Shown: positions 26,863-40,119 of the stretch, one piece after another
How the letters are laid out: each line of letters begins with the position of its first letter
How positions within the stretch are numbered: the stretch's first letter is position 1
Assembly: GCA_051294375.1 (NCBI GenBank)
Contig: CM119264.1
Location: 12,792,813 to 12,856,812, forward strand
Length of the DNA stretch: 64,000 bases
DNA from: Paraspadella gotoi
Lineage: Eukaryota > Animalia > Chaetognatha
Direction of reading: 5' to 3'
The notes under the pieces: model-generated
Database searches by the model: none
What the model saw: the letters and a program-made list of their open reading frames with translations, nothing else
Told to the model about the DNA's origin: nothing
Position numbers and translations under genes: made by a program

Positions 26863-28058
26863 TGATTGATCCTCGTAATGTCTCTCCTCTCTCTCTCTCT
26901 CTCTCCTCTCTCTCCTCTCTCTCTCTCTCTCCTCTCTCTCTCTCGTCTCTCTCTCTCCTCTCTCATCATCTCTCTCTCTCTCCATCTCTCTCCTCTCTTT
27001 CTCTCCTTCGTTCTCTCTCTCTCCACCGCTTTTTCTCTCTTTTAGTTATGTTTATCTTTTAAAATATGTTTACACAAACTCCATGCGTCGTGGGTAATTC
27101 GATTAAGATCTCCCATATGACTCATCTCCATGGTGAATTAGCATTTACATAGTAGATTTCGTCATCGTCGTCGTCTTTGTCGTCGTCTCCGTCGTCATCG
27201 TCTTCGTCATTATCAAAACTTGATGCAAAAAGCTTGAAAATAGGATTGAATGGTCGAAAACTTAAAAAAAAAGTTTTAAACAAAAAATACGTATCGTAAG
27301 TTCTGAAGAAATCAGGTAAAAATAAACGGAGAGTTAAAACACAAAGTAGTCTCATTTTTCGGATCACTATTTAAAATATTCATTTCGACTTTTCACGGTT
27401 TTTTAAAGTTTTTAATTAAAGTTTTACTTACGCAGAAATCTATCCAGAAATAAAACTGAAAAAGTAATTTGAAGGTTCCCCCTTGATCTGTCTCTGTTTT
27501 TCTCTCTCGCTCTCTCTTTCCTTCTCTCTCTCTCGCTCTTTCCCTCTCTCTCGCGAAGATTTTTTGACAAAGATCCATCATTAAATTTCATCGAGAAAAA
27601 AACGAGAGTCTAACCGAAAATATACATAAAATACATCAAATTTGCTAAATTAAAACGAATAAATTATGCCTTACGGGAAAATTACTTATTTGTAATAGAA
27701 CGACAGGCAAAGTAAATGAAACGCTATCTTTTTCAGCATCGATAAATAATCACTTACTGAGTAAAATTATATGATGATGATGATGAAGATATAAACCAGT
27801 GAAAGATGTTAGTTTTATCATAATATTAAAAATAAATCAGAATCGATAAATTAAAATTAAACATCCATTTCAATAAATTAGAAAGACAGAGAGAGATAGA
27901 GACAGAGAGGGAGGGAGAAAGAGAGAGAGAGAGAGACAACGGAAGCGTAACAAATCTTCCCCTGTCCTATAAATCGGTTGAATATTTTTAGAAAATAACG
28001 TTTTTATTTCTGCTCCTGTAGAATTTAAAAAAAATCTTTATCTAAAATGAGAACTTCT

Positions 28059-28092
<34 letters not shown>

Positions 28093-28098
28093 TTATCT

Positions 28099-28146
<48 letters not shown>

Positions 28147-28147
28147 A

Positions 28148-28213
<66 letters not shown>

Positions 28214-29053
28214 ATTTTCATCTCCATTCGAATTATGGTGTAGACTTTTAAAATCAATATCTCAATGCCCGAATTATTTATTTAAGAATCTATTCGAAAG
28301 TTATTGCTACTATTAATTTTTTTTCTTTTTCCAAAATTACAAAACAAAAAGAGTACATCGTTATTCTTTACATTTAAGGGCTAAAGTCAATTCAGAACAA
28401 TATTTTGAATCCACAAAACCTTCATGTTATTCCCAGGAATTAGGCAAAGCGTTTAAAGCAATAAGTCTCACTGTTGGGGGAGGCTTAAATACCGGATGTC
28501 ACTGGAGGAGTGACAGTGGAGTGACAGTGGAGGTGACCATTATCCAATGGATGTTGCGAAATGATCAAAAATCAAACTGACGAAAAGCGGATAAAGTTTT
28601 TCCGGGAAAATTTCGATTGTCTTCAGATAAAATGGACCTCGCTTGTCAAAGTCATTATTTATTGGTGATTGGTTATTTTTTCTGGTTTTGTTTTTGTAGT
28701 CGTTTTTTTTTTGTTTTCGTTTCTGATGTTGTTTTCATTGACGTCGTCGTTAGCGGCGTTAGCTTTTGTTTGTTTATGACCTTGTTGTTTTTATCGTTTG
28801 TTGATATTTGTTGATGTTTTTGTTATGGTTTTTGAGCTTCGATGTCCTGGACCAACTTTTTTTTGGGGGGAGGGGGTCGTCAGGTTGACGACGTAGAGAG
28901 AAACGCGACGAAATAAATGACGATCTCGATGACGACGATCAAAACAGAAGGAATTACGTAGTAGGCCTGTCTTCGACGCCAAATTATTGATTTCTGGTCT
29001 TTGTTTATTCTCTCTCTCTCTCTCTCTCTCTCGTCTTCTCTCTCTCTCGTCTC

Positions 29054-29110
<57 letters not shown>

Positions 29111-30785
29111 CTCCAGGCCAGAGATTATAGATAATCAGGGAGTAAAGCAATCGTGGTACTTCACTCTATAAAGAACCGAACGGTGAGAGTGACTTGATGA
29201 TGCTACCACGCGGTTTCTTTTCATATTGAAAGATAAAAAAAAGAAAAACATGAGATGCTGACGTCAATGAGAAGACTTTTCTGTGAAAACTGAACTCCGA
29301 GGTTCACCGAGAAAGAGAAAATTCATAGATTTATTGGTAAAAAAATTACCGACTTGAATGAAAAGGAAGTAAAGAAAGTGAAATGTAATAAATGTAAAGA
29401 AGTAATTGAATCTAAGCTTTACATGGAAAATAAAACAAAATTTTTTTGTCCAAGTACATCGACCTGCGTTAAAATTTTGTATATCAACATGTATGTAGTT
29501 TATATCATACTTCAAATATTATTTTAAGTAATAATAACTGCGAATAGTGACTGTTGATATAATACTAAGCATTTGATGAGAGAGAAAATTTAAGCCGACT
29601 CGCTCGAGGGAATATTCTGATGCGCGCAGTAAGCGCTGCGTCCAGAGGGATTCTCGGCGATATTTATTGTTTTTTTCTCTTAGGAAAAATGTAAAAAATG
29701 AAGAAAAATGGGGAAAAATGGGGAAAGAGAAAAGTTTAAATGAGAAGATAGAGAAGTGGCAAAGAGGAGAAAAGACAAGGGAAAAGAATAAACTGTAAAG
29801 GAAATCCGAGGTACAAAGTTTCAGAAAACATGGAAAACATGCAAATGGCGACCAGACGAGAGAGAACTAAGGTAAAAAAAAATAAACCACGGAAAAACAA
29901 TTGAAAAGAACCAGAAATAAAAAAACAAAGGAAAAACAAGAAAAAATAATGAAAAAAAAAAAAAAACGAAAGAAAAAAAATAAGGGACTAAATCAAAAGC
30001 GACAGGGCGAACAGAGCGGGAAATGAGAAAGAAGCCAGTGAAGATGGAGAATATAAGAAAATATAAGAAAAATATTATGAAAAAAGATCAGGAAAAGGGA
30101 AGATGAAAAACTAGAAGACCTAAAAGCAGAGAAACTTGATGTAAAGCAATGAAAAAAAATATGTAGAACTATTAAGAATATGATCCGGAGAAACGACTAG
30201 AGTCATGGAACAATGAGAATGTACTAAAGATCAGTGCAGGAGGAAAATGATATTTAAAACGAGGCAACCCGAGTGGGAAAAGAAAGACAAAAACAAAAAA
30301 AAAACAAAGATAATAAAAGGAGGAGAGAAAGATAGTAAAACAAGAAAGAGAGTTCAAAGAAGAGAAAATATAAGGGGCAGAGATCGAGCAAAGAGAAAAG
30401 GAGGGAAAATCAAGAGAAAGGTCGTTTGCGATGGAATCACGTGAAGAGAATTCGTCGACGAAAGTCAGACTCATGAATCCAAAGCCACTCCGTGACTTTC
30501 CCTCATAAAACGAATGAAAAAAAAAAACAGAAGGAAAAAAATCACGGATTTCCACTTTTCCGATTTAATCTCCGCTCCATCGAATCAGTCCGTCGACCAC
30601 CATTGCTCTTTACTCCTTTGCTCCTCACTCCTACGCTACCCACTTCTTCGCTCCTGTTTTTTTCTCATTCGTTTCTCCGTTTAGTTCCACCGGAAGTCAG
30701 CGGCCATCTGGATTAGTGAAGAAAAAGGATTCCATTCGTTACGTTTCCTCGTCTACGTCTTTCATAAACTTCCTTCTATTTCACG

Positions 30786-30825
<40 letters not shown>

Positions 30826-32365
30826 CTTTCTTCTCTCTCTCCTCTCTCTCTCTCTTCCTCTCTCTCTTCTCTTTTTTTCTTTTCTTTTCCGCACTTCGCA
30901 CTCCACATGCGTCCGTTGTAAATTGATTAGCGAATTTTTCCTCAATAATCATTCGTCATGCCATTCCCATTCGTCATTCCCAATGACGACGTCATTATTC
31001 ATCAATTCATTTAAAATTCACAAAATTAGCAATCTCTCTCTCTCTCTCTCTCTTCTCTATCTCTCTCTCTCTATCTCTCTCTTCTCTCTCCTCTCTCTCT
31101 CTCCTCTCTCTCTCTCTCCTCTTTATCTCCTCCTCTCCTTCTCTCTCTTTCCTCTCTCCATCTTCTGCTATAGAATTAACTACTAGATAAAATAAAAACG
31201 TGTAAAATTCGCGCCATTCTACGATTCACACGAATCCTTCGCGCCCCCGTGTGGGAAAGCCACCCAAATATTTTTTTTTCCTCCGGCAGAGTTTTTGCAA
31301 ATAAAGAAGCGCAAACAAGGGAACGCCCCCTCCCGGCCCCTCCACCAGAAAAATAAAAGGAATTTGCAGAGAGCGAAATGGCGAGGAATCTTCTTTCCTG
31401 CATTAAGCCCTTTCCTCCTTTCCGAGGCATTTTTTCTCGTCGAAACATTGATAGTCAAATAAGGAAATTATATTTTTATGCACGCTTGGAAATGTTAAGG
31501 GTTATGTTTACCAATGGAAGTTATTCTTCGAAGGATAACTTATTGTATGAATTACATTGTCGTTATTCATTTGATCTTTCAGTTTAGGTTTTGTTCTTCT
31601 GCTTTTACATAATTATCGTTATACGTAAAAGTTTATTGTGTTTCTTGCTGTGGTAAAGTAATTAAGTGGTTAACCTATAATATAGTTTAATTTTGTTACT
31701 TTTACTTGCGATAATACGATTTTTTGAATTTTCATTTTGAATTAAAATGCTCTGACGTGTACCTTTGTCTACATTGTACAGTTAAAGTTTGAAGGGCAAA
31801 AAGAAGAAAAGAGAATTGATTCGGTACGAGAAAAAGGAAACCCTAAGAGGATTTCAAAGAAAACCCAATCTGTCGTTAACCAACAAAAAGTTTGCAGTTG
31901 TAGGAATCTGAGAATCTTGGTTCGACCATGTTGGAAACTAAAATTTGAAAGTATGGGAAAAAGGTGAATAAATTAACCCATAGGCGATTGGAAATAGATA
32001 AATGAACAAAGAACTTGAAAAGGCAGAATGAGTTAGCTTACTCGGGTCGGCAACAGCAAAGCCGCAAATAAGAACATAAATCTTATTTAACTTTTCACTT
32101 CGATGAATTGTACTCATAAATCAATATCAGGTTTTAAAAAAAGATATATTTTCCAAGAATTTCATTCTTTTTTAGTTTTCTAAGTGACATATTTAGTATT
32201 TTCAATTATTTATTGTCAATATTAACACAAAAAAAAGAGGAAATAAATGTGAAAGAATAATCAATAAAGGCAGAGGAAAAATAGTCGTGAATAATAGTCG
32301 CGAAAAGTGTGAAACAGTATTTTGTGAAAATGGAAGGGTGACGTTTTGATGACGAAATGGGGGAA

Positions 32366-32474
<109 letters not shown>

Positions 32475-32933
32475 ATAGAGCGAAAACTGAGCGGAAGAAA
32501 ACAAATCGATTAAAAAAGTAAGAAAGAGATTTACAAATCCGTGAAAGTGAAGTTCACAGTTTAGAAAGTGTAAAAAGCGGAAGTGAGCGAAGCCGGAGAA
32601 AAAAAAGGTAAGCGATGAGAGGAGAAGGATATTTAAATGATAAGTGGGGAAAGCGTGGAGAGAGAGTTAAGTGAAGAAAAAAGAAACTAGGAAAAATATT
32701 AAGATAAATATTTATAAGGTGAGTAAATGTTGGGAAAGAAGAAAAGTTAGAAAAAAAGCGAGGAAGTTGGATATAAGGAAATAAAGGTAAGTTAGGAAAG
32801 TAAGAAAAAATGGAAGCAAATCGAGAACTGATAAGTAAAATGACAGTCACAAAGTGTGACGAGCGAACAAAGTTCTAAAAAAAAGGAAGGGATCCATGAG
32901 AGGGAAGTGAGACGAGAAAAAAAAGAAGGCAAG

Positions 32934-33070
32934 GAAAGTGAGGAAAGCAAGCAAAGCGAGTAAAGTGTGTAAAGTGAGTAAAGTGAGAAAAGTGAGTAAA
33001 GTGAGAAAAGAGAGGAAGGCGAGGACAGTGAGAAAAGTGAGTAAAGTGAGAAAAGTGATTAAAGTGAGGA
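32934..33070. repeat. Imperfect 10-bp tandem repeat (AAAGTGAGTA/AAAGTGAGAA)
   Basis: AAAGTGAG core recurs at about 10-bp period. Confidence 0.8.
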
Positions 33071-33397
33071 GGCGAGAGAAAAAACTATGAAAAAGGCTTT
33101 CGCGTCGAAAGTGAAAAAACGGGCGGAAGCGCGTGACGTCGCAATCAACGCGAGAGTTTTATAGGAGGACGACGACGACGCAGACGACGGCGAAAGGGAC
33201 GAAGACCACGACGAAAATCACGCACCATGGCTGATCGCCGGTCACGCCAATCTTTCCAAACTCATAGATGGATTTTCATGAAACGCAGCAGTCGGCGCTG
33301 CTGTCTCCGTCGCCGCAGCCGTCGCCGTCTTGGAACGGATTCTTTTTCAGCGGTTCCACTGGTGAGATTCTATTTGTCCTATCTGTCAATCTGTCTG

Positions 33398-33486
<89 letters not shown>
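33398..33486. repeat. (CTAT)n microsatellite
   Basis: Direct reading. Confidence 0.95.
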
Positions 33487-34779
33487 TGTTTTTAATATTT
33501 ATTTTTCTTTTCTTTCTTGCTTTTTTTCTCTTATTTTTTTGTATTGACTTGGTTGTATCGATGTAAATAACGTATACCGTGAACTTGACCGAAATGATAG
33601 CTAGGTAAAAACAATACCATGGGTATTTTAAAAAGTATAAATAACTCACGTGGACTGATATGAAGCAGAGGAATCAAACTCGGGTGTTTGACAGCAAGGA
33701 ATGACTAGAAAACTTTTAGGGTAAACGAGTTATTACTAATTCTCGTATATAATTCGCCTGCTCAGCTGCAATATTTGTTAAAAATTTAATATTTGGTTGT
33801 TTATATTTTTTTTAAAACTTTTTTACTTGAAAAGTGGAAACGTGCAAAACGAGCTCGGCAGCGAAAAAAAAAGAGCAGAATTCGTAAAAGGAAAAAAAGA
33901 AAGAATCCTTGAGTGGAAAAGAAGGAGGAGAAGAAGAAGAAAAAGAAGAAGATTGAGAGGAAAAGGAATGTGAAGGAGGAGACGAAGGAGGAAGAGGAAG
34001 AAAAAGAGGAGGAGAGAAAGAGGAGGGGCAAGAAGAGGAAGATGTGAAGAGGATGAGCAAACTTCGTGATTTGAATGACGATGACGAAATTTTTCCCGGA
34101 AATTCATAAAGACGTAAAAAATTTTTTCACAGAATCTGAACTAAATATAAAAGAAAGAGTACGTTAGTTGTCTTTCTCATAAATGCTCATATTAAAGAAA
34201 ATTAATGTATTTCTATGTAATACGTAATATCTCACAAAAAAAAAAATTGAATGACAAACACTTTTTTAAAATGAGCTATTTGTAATTGTATTTCCCTATT
34301 TTTAACTCGCTCACATTGTTTATGACATTGTTTACGCCATGGTTAATCTTCGAGCATCTGTATTTCTAATTTCAAAATATATTCATCACAATCTTTTTTA
34401 CAGGATTATCACTTTAAAATCCTTTCCAACAAATCTTTTCGGAATCACAAAGCATTAAAATAAATAATAATAATTACACTTAGAGGATTCCGTAAAACAA
34501 AAGCGATTTTGGACTAAAAACAATTCCGAGGATGTACGTTAGTAAGGATTAGTTTAAACAAGCATTCGCTTTTTCCAAGCTGTTTGTCTTTGGCAATATA
34601 TGAGNNNNNNNNNNNNNNNNNNNNNNNNNNNNNNNNNNNNNNNNNNNNNNNNNNNNNNNNNNNNNNNNNNNNNNNNNNNNNNNNNNNNNNNNNNNNNNNN
34701 NNNNNNNNNNNNNNNNNNNNNNNNNNNNNNNNNNNNNNNNNNNNNNNNNNNNNNNNNNNNNNNNNNNNNNNNNNNNGCG

Positions 34780-34987
34780 TCACTTTCCCTGGACGAAGAG
34801 TTTGGCTACGCTGACCTTTGACCCCAACACCGCGTAGTAAAAACCCGAATCACGCGGCTGCAGGTTGAGGATGTGGAGAGATCGCATGGAGCCCGAGGAG
34901 TTGACGAGATACTTGGCGGGTTGGTCGCGGATCTCTTGGCCAAATCTCATCCATCGGACGACGGCGTCCTTTTTGGACAGATGGCAC
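34780..34987 (-). CDS. RING-Ig protein exon 8 (second Ig I-set domain, stop)
   Basis: CAG|G TGC.. gives CHLSKKDAVVRWMRFGQEIRDQPAKYLVNSSGSMRSLHILNLQPRDSGFYYAVLGSKVSVAKLFVQGK*, with I-set hallmarks C, W, DSGxY. Not in the supplied ORF track. Confidence 0.8.
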
Positions 34988-35234
34988 CTGATTGGAGGAA
35001 AAAGCCAATGTCGGCAGGTGATTGGACAAGATTAGCGCCATTTCCTAATCGGAAATTTAAAAGGAAAGAGAAACTTCAAAGTAATCAAAATTTCAAACGC
35101 GTGATTTTTTTTTTCGCAACAATAATAACAAAAACAGATCATGAATAAAATTACAAAAACGAAGATCACAATGACAAATCCATCAACAACAAACGAAGAA
35201 ACAAGAGAAACAACAACAACAACAATAATCACAC

Positions 35235-35465
35235 CTGAAGCAGAAACTGGCTCCCTCGACTCCTTCCCCTCCCCGGATCTCGACCACGAACCCCGCCTCC
35301 TTCTCCTTGACCGAGAGTCGAGCGCCGGACGCCACGCCGGAATCCAACGTCGCTGTGAACATTCCGGCGTCTTTGGATTTGACGCCGGAGAGGACGACCG
35401 CGTGGACGACGCCGACGGAGAAGGCGGCGTCGGAGGTGGATGCGTCGATGGAAGGAGGGGAGGGA
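35235..35465 (-). CDS. RING-Ig protein exon 7 (end of Ig1, start of Ig2)
   Basis: HAVVLSGVKSKDAGMFTATLDSGVASGARLSVKEKEAGFVVEIRGGEGVEGASFCF; polypyrimidine-CAG acceptor, AG|GTGTG donor, phase 2/2. Confidence 0.75.
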
Positions 35466-35908
35466 CTGAAGGGAAAAAGGTGGGCGGGGGACCCGGGGAA
35501 TGGATCAGAGGAAAAATTGATTAGACCAGTTGGTTTTTTTTTTCGCTTTAACTTTGTATTCGTCATTTTCGGTGTTGCTTTAATATTTATTTGATTTACA
35601 GTTACTGTTAGAAGAAAAAAAAAAAGGTTACATTTTTTAAAACAAATTGATGAATCCATTTATGTCTAGAAAGACTAATATTTGATATCTGGGCGTGGGA
35701 ACCAACAAAAACGATTTCCAATAAAATACTATTCTCCTCGACTTCAAATCTCGAATGTGTTTTAACCTTTTCCTCTTCCAGATTAATTTAGTCAAGTTAC
35801 AACGACGAACAATGTCGAAATGAACCGACTGCTCTTGAAGGCGTCTCGCGTACCCAATTACCCAGTAACAATAGCTCTCTAACAAATAAAGTTGCTTCAA
35901 AAACATAC

Positions 35909-36216
35909 CCAAAAAAATCGACCTCGCCCCCACTAGCACCATCGACCTCCCCTACTCCTCCGCTCTTCCTCCTCCTCTCCCCAACCAACACTCTTGTCCT
36001 CTTCCCCGCCGCCACCTCCTTCCCGTCCTTCCTCCAAACGACGCCGCAGGGTCGAGAGGCGACGACCTCCAGAACGACGTCTCGCCCTTCGTCGGCGACG
36101 ACGTCGACGAGGAGTTTGAGGAAGACGAGCGGAAGTTTGGAGGCGGCGCGTTTAGAGGGGGATAAGGAGGGGGAGGAGAAAGGAAGCGGTTTCCGTAACG
36201 GAGTCTTGGAGAGAAC
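35909..36216 (-). CDS. RING-Ig protein exon 6 (start of Ig1)
   Basis: PLVFLKLLVDVVADEGRDVVLEVVASRPCGVVWRKDGKEV; GG|GTATGT donor matches the phase of exon 7. Confidence 0.75.
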
Positions 36217-36337
36217 CTGCAGAAAAAGCCAAGGAAAGAAAACAATAAAATTAATTGCAAAACATGATCTTCTACTAAAATTTGCTTTTGAAACTGCTGA
36301 CTTGGTCGATAATCCAACAGGAAAAAAAAAACCGCAC

Positions 36338-36597
36338 CTGACGAAGCTGCGACACCAGCAGCCGCAGCTGCTCCATCGACAACGCAGCGGCGACGCTGAG
36401 CACGGCCTCCAGCGGTGCCCGCTGCGCCGGCCGCAGCTGCATTTCATCGAGGAGTCGAGGCAGGAGGGTCTCCGTGCCGACGTCGATTGCCGCAGCGCTC
36501 TCGGCGGCGTTGGAGGGGCGGCAGCCGTCGGAGGCGGCGAGGTCGAGCGACGCCATCAAAAAACGAAGGCTGTCGAGGATGAGACGAGCATCAACGC
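36338..36597 (-). CDS. RING-Ig protein exon 5 (helical region)
   Basis: GVDARLILDSLRFLMASL..MEQLRLLVSQLRQ; TAG acceptor, CAG|GTGCGG donor, phase 1/0. Confidence 0.7.
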
Positions 36598-36683
36598 CTA
36601 AGAAAGAAATTGTGGGAAACGACACAAAAAGAGCTTAAATGTACAGTGAGATGTATCTATCTATTATTATTAAAGCAGCTCAC

Positions 36684-37271
36684 CCAAAGCCGCTATCGTA
36701 GCGAGAATAAAATCGGCGTCGAGACAAAGCGACTCATCAGCCGATGTCGGCGTTGTCGGCGTCATGGGCGTGACCGGCGTCACTTCAACTTCGTCATCGT
36801 CATCGTCTTCGTCGAGATCCTCCTCCATCTCTTTGACTGGTCGGCGACGGCGAATCTTTCGTCGGCGTCGAGAAACAAAAGCGGAAGACGTTGAGCTCGA
36901 AGAGTTGGAGATCTTGGTTGGGGCGGCGCCGCTTGTTGTAGGGGCGGCGCTGGTGGCAGTGGGGCGAAGCCGGTGGCGAAGCCGGTGGCGGCGGGAGGTC
37001 CACCGCCCCCGAAGTCGTTACTTGAGTTCTTCTTGTCCTGCTTGAGTCTATCAACGGCGGGAAATGCTGCTACCGCTGCCCTTGCCTCTGCAGCTTCGAC
37101 CGCAGCCACCGCCGCGACAGCCTCCGCCGTTTCCGCGGATTCCTCCGCCTCCCGCCGCGTTGTTTCGACGGCCTCTTCCGTCTCCATCTCGAAAAGGCGC
37201 TCGACTTCGTCCCGCGTGAGGCCATCGATTCGATCCGATTGATCCCCGTTGAAGAACACGTTGAACGTTTC
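36684..37271 (-). CDS. RING-Ig protein exon 4 (Ala/Glu-rich, basic and acidic low complexity)
   Basis: ETFNVFFNGDQ..; needs one extra base, most simply in the G-run at 36961-36964, to reach SRRRRKIRRRRPVKEMEEDLDEDDDDDE..ATIAAL G|GTGAG. Confidence 0.6.
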
Positions 37272-37544
37272 CTATGGGAGTTGGGGGATGGTTACATGTT
37301 GGCTTGACACGATTGTGGAATGGTTTGAGTATAAGCAAGTTTAAAACAAACAAAAAACAAAAAACAAATAAACAAAACCCAGAAAAAAGCTTGTCGTCAT
37401 TTACTAATCGAACTTCTCCCAATTAAAATCTTTATCTCATCGTAAAATTTGATTGACCTATCCAAAAATAGAAGCTATACGGGAGGCGAATTTAGGATTC
37501 GCCACAATACACAATTTTACACATATTTAAATAGGTTTTATCAC

Positions 37545-37630
37545 CTGACGACGTCGCTCGGTTGAGCGGAAGTTGTTGACGTGAATCGTCTGCATCGTTC
37601 GACGGAGGGCGGGAGTTGAACATCGGGACT
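37545..37630 (-). CDS. RING-Ig protein exon 3
   Basis: CAG acceptor, CAG|GTGATA donor, phase 1/0 fits neighbours; ESRCSTPALRRTMQTIHVNNFRSTERRRQ. Confidence 0.6.
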
Positions 37631-37702
37631 CTGATCGAAGAAAACGTTAAAACGAAATTGAAACATCAGGAGTGTGAAATATTTGAAAGCTAGCCTGAAC
37701 AC

Positions 37703-37851
37703 CTGCGGTTCTGTCCCCGACGGGTTTCAGCTCGTCCCAAGCGACGGGCGCCCGACAGAGCGGGCACTGGTTGACGTCGTTATCCAAACCGTCGCATCGG
37801 AGGATTTCAGATTTGGCGATCCAACACATGGAGACGCACTCGAAATGGAAT
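37703..37851 (-). CDS. RING-Ig protein exon 2 (second half of RING-H2)
   Basis: RFHFECVSMCW..NQCPLCRAPV; TAG acceptor, G|GTGTT donor. Confidence 0.8.
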
Positions 37852-37887
37852 CTAACGGATTGAGAGAGAGATATATTATCATTGGAG

Positions 37888-37980
<93 letters not shown>

Positions 37981-37982
37981 AC

Positions 37983-38362
37983 CTGTGGCCGCAAGGGAGA
38001 ACGCCAAGGATCTTGTCCGGATGAACGAGATCGTCGTAACAGACGGAACAAGTTTCTTCGCCGGAATCTGAGGCGGCGTCGGCAGCGTTTATCGAAGTAG
38101 CTTCGGTGTCCTCGATGGCTTTGGGGCCGGCGTCTGCATCACAAGATTCCGTTCGCGCCGACGAACCCATTGTCTCAATTTTGAGAAGCCTTGCGTCGCT
38201 CTCTTCCCCACTATTGTCTCCAACTATCGCCTGATCCCTTTCCGTTTCACTCAACCCCTCCCCCCTATCTGTCGTCGTCGTCGTCGTCGNNNNNNNNNNC
38301 GTCGTCGTCGTCGTCGCCTTTGATTTTCCCCGAAATCTCCTTGTGGGTTTTTGAGTCGACAT
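37983..38362 (-). CDS. RING-Ig protein exon 1 (first half of RING-H2)
   Basis: ATG at 38362; ends TCSVCYDDLVHPDKILGVLPCGH AG|GTAGA; spans a 10-N gap. Confidence 0.75.
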
Positions 38363-39905
38363 TTTTTAATTTCGGGTTCGGAGACGTCGGACGGCCGATG
38401 TCAGGCAACGCAGATGCCGAAAGATTATGACTTTTTCTTAGAGTTTTATTATCGGGCAGAATTTAATTTTTTCCCTTTCAAAACGCCTGGTAGGCAATTC
38501 CAAAGGGAAATAGCGTAACATCGTGGGTTTAAATTTTTTGGTTTTCTTTATGGCGAAGAAAATAGCAATTTTTGTTTTTAAAAATAAGTTTTGTTTAAAA
38601 CTTTATTCGTTTTTGTTGTTTTAGCGTCGATCTTGTCGTTTATTTTATGTTTTATGTTTTCTTTTATGTTTCTTCCTCGCCTGGCTAGGAATACGATGCT
38701 TTACAGAAATTAAGGAATTTGCCTAAGACATTAAAGGAGGGAGATTTTGTTTTTGGGCGTTCGTGACAGGAGCCGCCCGAATGGTCGTTCGTTTCATCCG
38801 TCGACCTTGAGAGAAGAAACGAAGAAAAAGAGTCATGGAATCGAAAAGATGACAGGATGAGGAGGAGGAGGAGGAGAAGCCGGATATCCGTTAAACACTT
38901 TTTCTTGCTACTGGATTTTATTTATTGAGTACGAATTTTGAAATGTCTTTTATTTTATCAAAAATAAATTACGTCACATCTTTTATATGGAAGCCGAGTA
39001 CTATGGGAATAAATGAGTTCTGTGAGAAAGTCTTGATTGAAAGGAAGAGGGATTGTAGACACTTTTCGTTGAATAAATAATTTAGTCTAGCATCCTGACC
39101 TTCCGCAAACCTTGGCTCGAAACTGAGACCCATCCCAACAAGAAGAAAAAGAATACCTGTGGATATGGTTGTCGTATTTGTACATGGTGACAATTTGTAT
39201 GTACGACACTTATTGTTTAGTTATAAATGCTTGAGTATAGAAATCAAGACTGAGAATTTCAGAATTTCTTTTAGATAAAATATCTCGCCTCGTGTTTAGA
39301 CTTGCGGTTTAATCAAAGCTTCTTGGAATCATTTCAATATTAATGATTCACACCCCTTGGTTGACATAAGAATACGAGAGGATTCGACTTTGGACCTCAA
39401 AAAGTTACCCCTTTTTCAATTTCTTTCCTAGATTTTTTCTCATACTTGATTAGGAAGACAAACTAGTTAAAGTTTTTTTTGTATTTAAATTTAATCAAAG
39501 CAACATTCAAGTTAAATTTCAACCGCCCATCGTTGAAAAAAGAAATATTTTGTTTTGATAACCCTCCATAATTATGAGCATCGTTTCCAAACTTATCCGA
39601 ATCTACGGTGAAATTATGACGACGCTGCAGCCGCCGTACATCAACGCTGCCGCCGCTGCCATCGTCGCCGTAGCTGCCGCTGCCTTCGCCGCCGCCGCAG
39701 TTCACCTCGCTTTCGATTANNNNNNNNNNNNNNNNNNNNNNNNNNNNNNNNNNNNNNNNNNNNNNNNNNNNNNNNNNNNNNNNNNNNNNNNNNNNNNNNN
39801 NNNNNNNNNNNNNNNNNNNNNNNNNNNNNNNNNNNNNNNNNNNNNNNNNNNNNNNNNNNNNNNNNNNNNNNNNNNNNNCGCCGGCTTCGTCGTTTCCGGT
39901 CTAAG

Positions 39906-40119
39906 ATGGAAAAGGTTAGCGACATCTTCCGATGATTGAACTCACTTAATATCCGATTATCAATTTAAAGCGACGAAAGTGGCGACACTATGGATTCTCT
40001 CACCCCCTTTCGCCCTTTCTCTCTTTTTTCCCCCAATTTCTCAACAGGGACGCCTCTTAAGCCAAGTCGAAGCAGAGTTTTAGATTCGTCGAAAACATCC
40101 GGAAATTGTCGACGCCAAC
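39906..40119 (+). pseudogene. Partial duplicate (allele or paralog) of the acyltransferase 5' end with a nonsense codon
   Basis: ATGGAAAAG|GT (39906-39914), 133-nt intron, exon from 40048 nearly identical to 41029 onward but with TTT TAG instead of TTT CAG; ends at a gap. Confidence 0.65.

Larger units (their letters stand above)
19099..27011 (-). repeat. Two tandem inverted copies of 8480-12200
   Basis: About 20843-22958 and 24896-27011 appear identical at offset 4053 (identical ORF translations at 21445/25498, 22161/26214, 22493/26546). Confidence 0.9.

Noticed and set aside
33165-33361. Plus-strand exon (acidic, or MDFHETQQ..) ending at a GTGAGA donor
   Set aside because: No partner exons or recognisable domain found; the frame is ambiguous.
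34873-37242. Plus-strand ORFs of 90-160 aa
   Set aside because: They are antisense shadows of the GC-rich RING-Ig exons.
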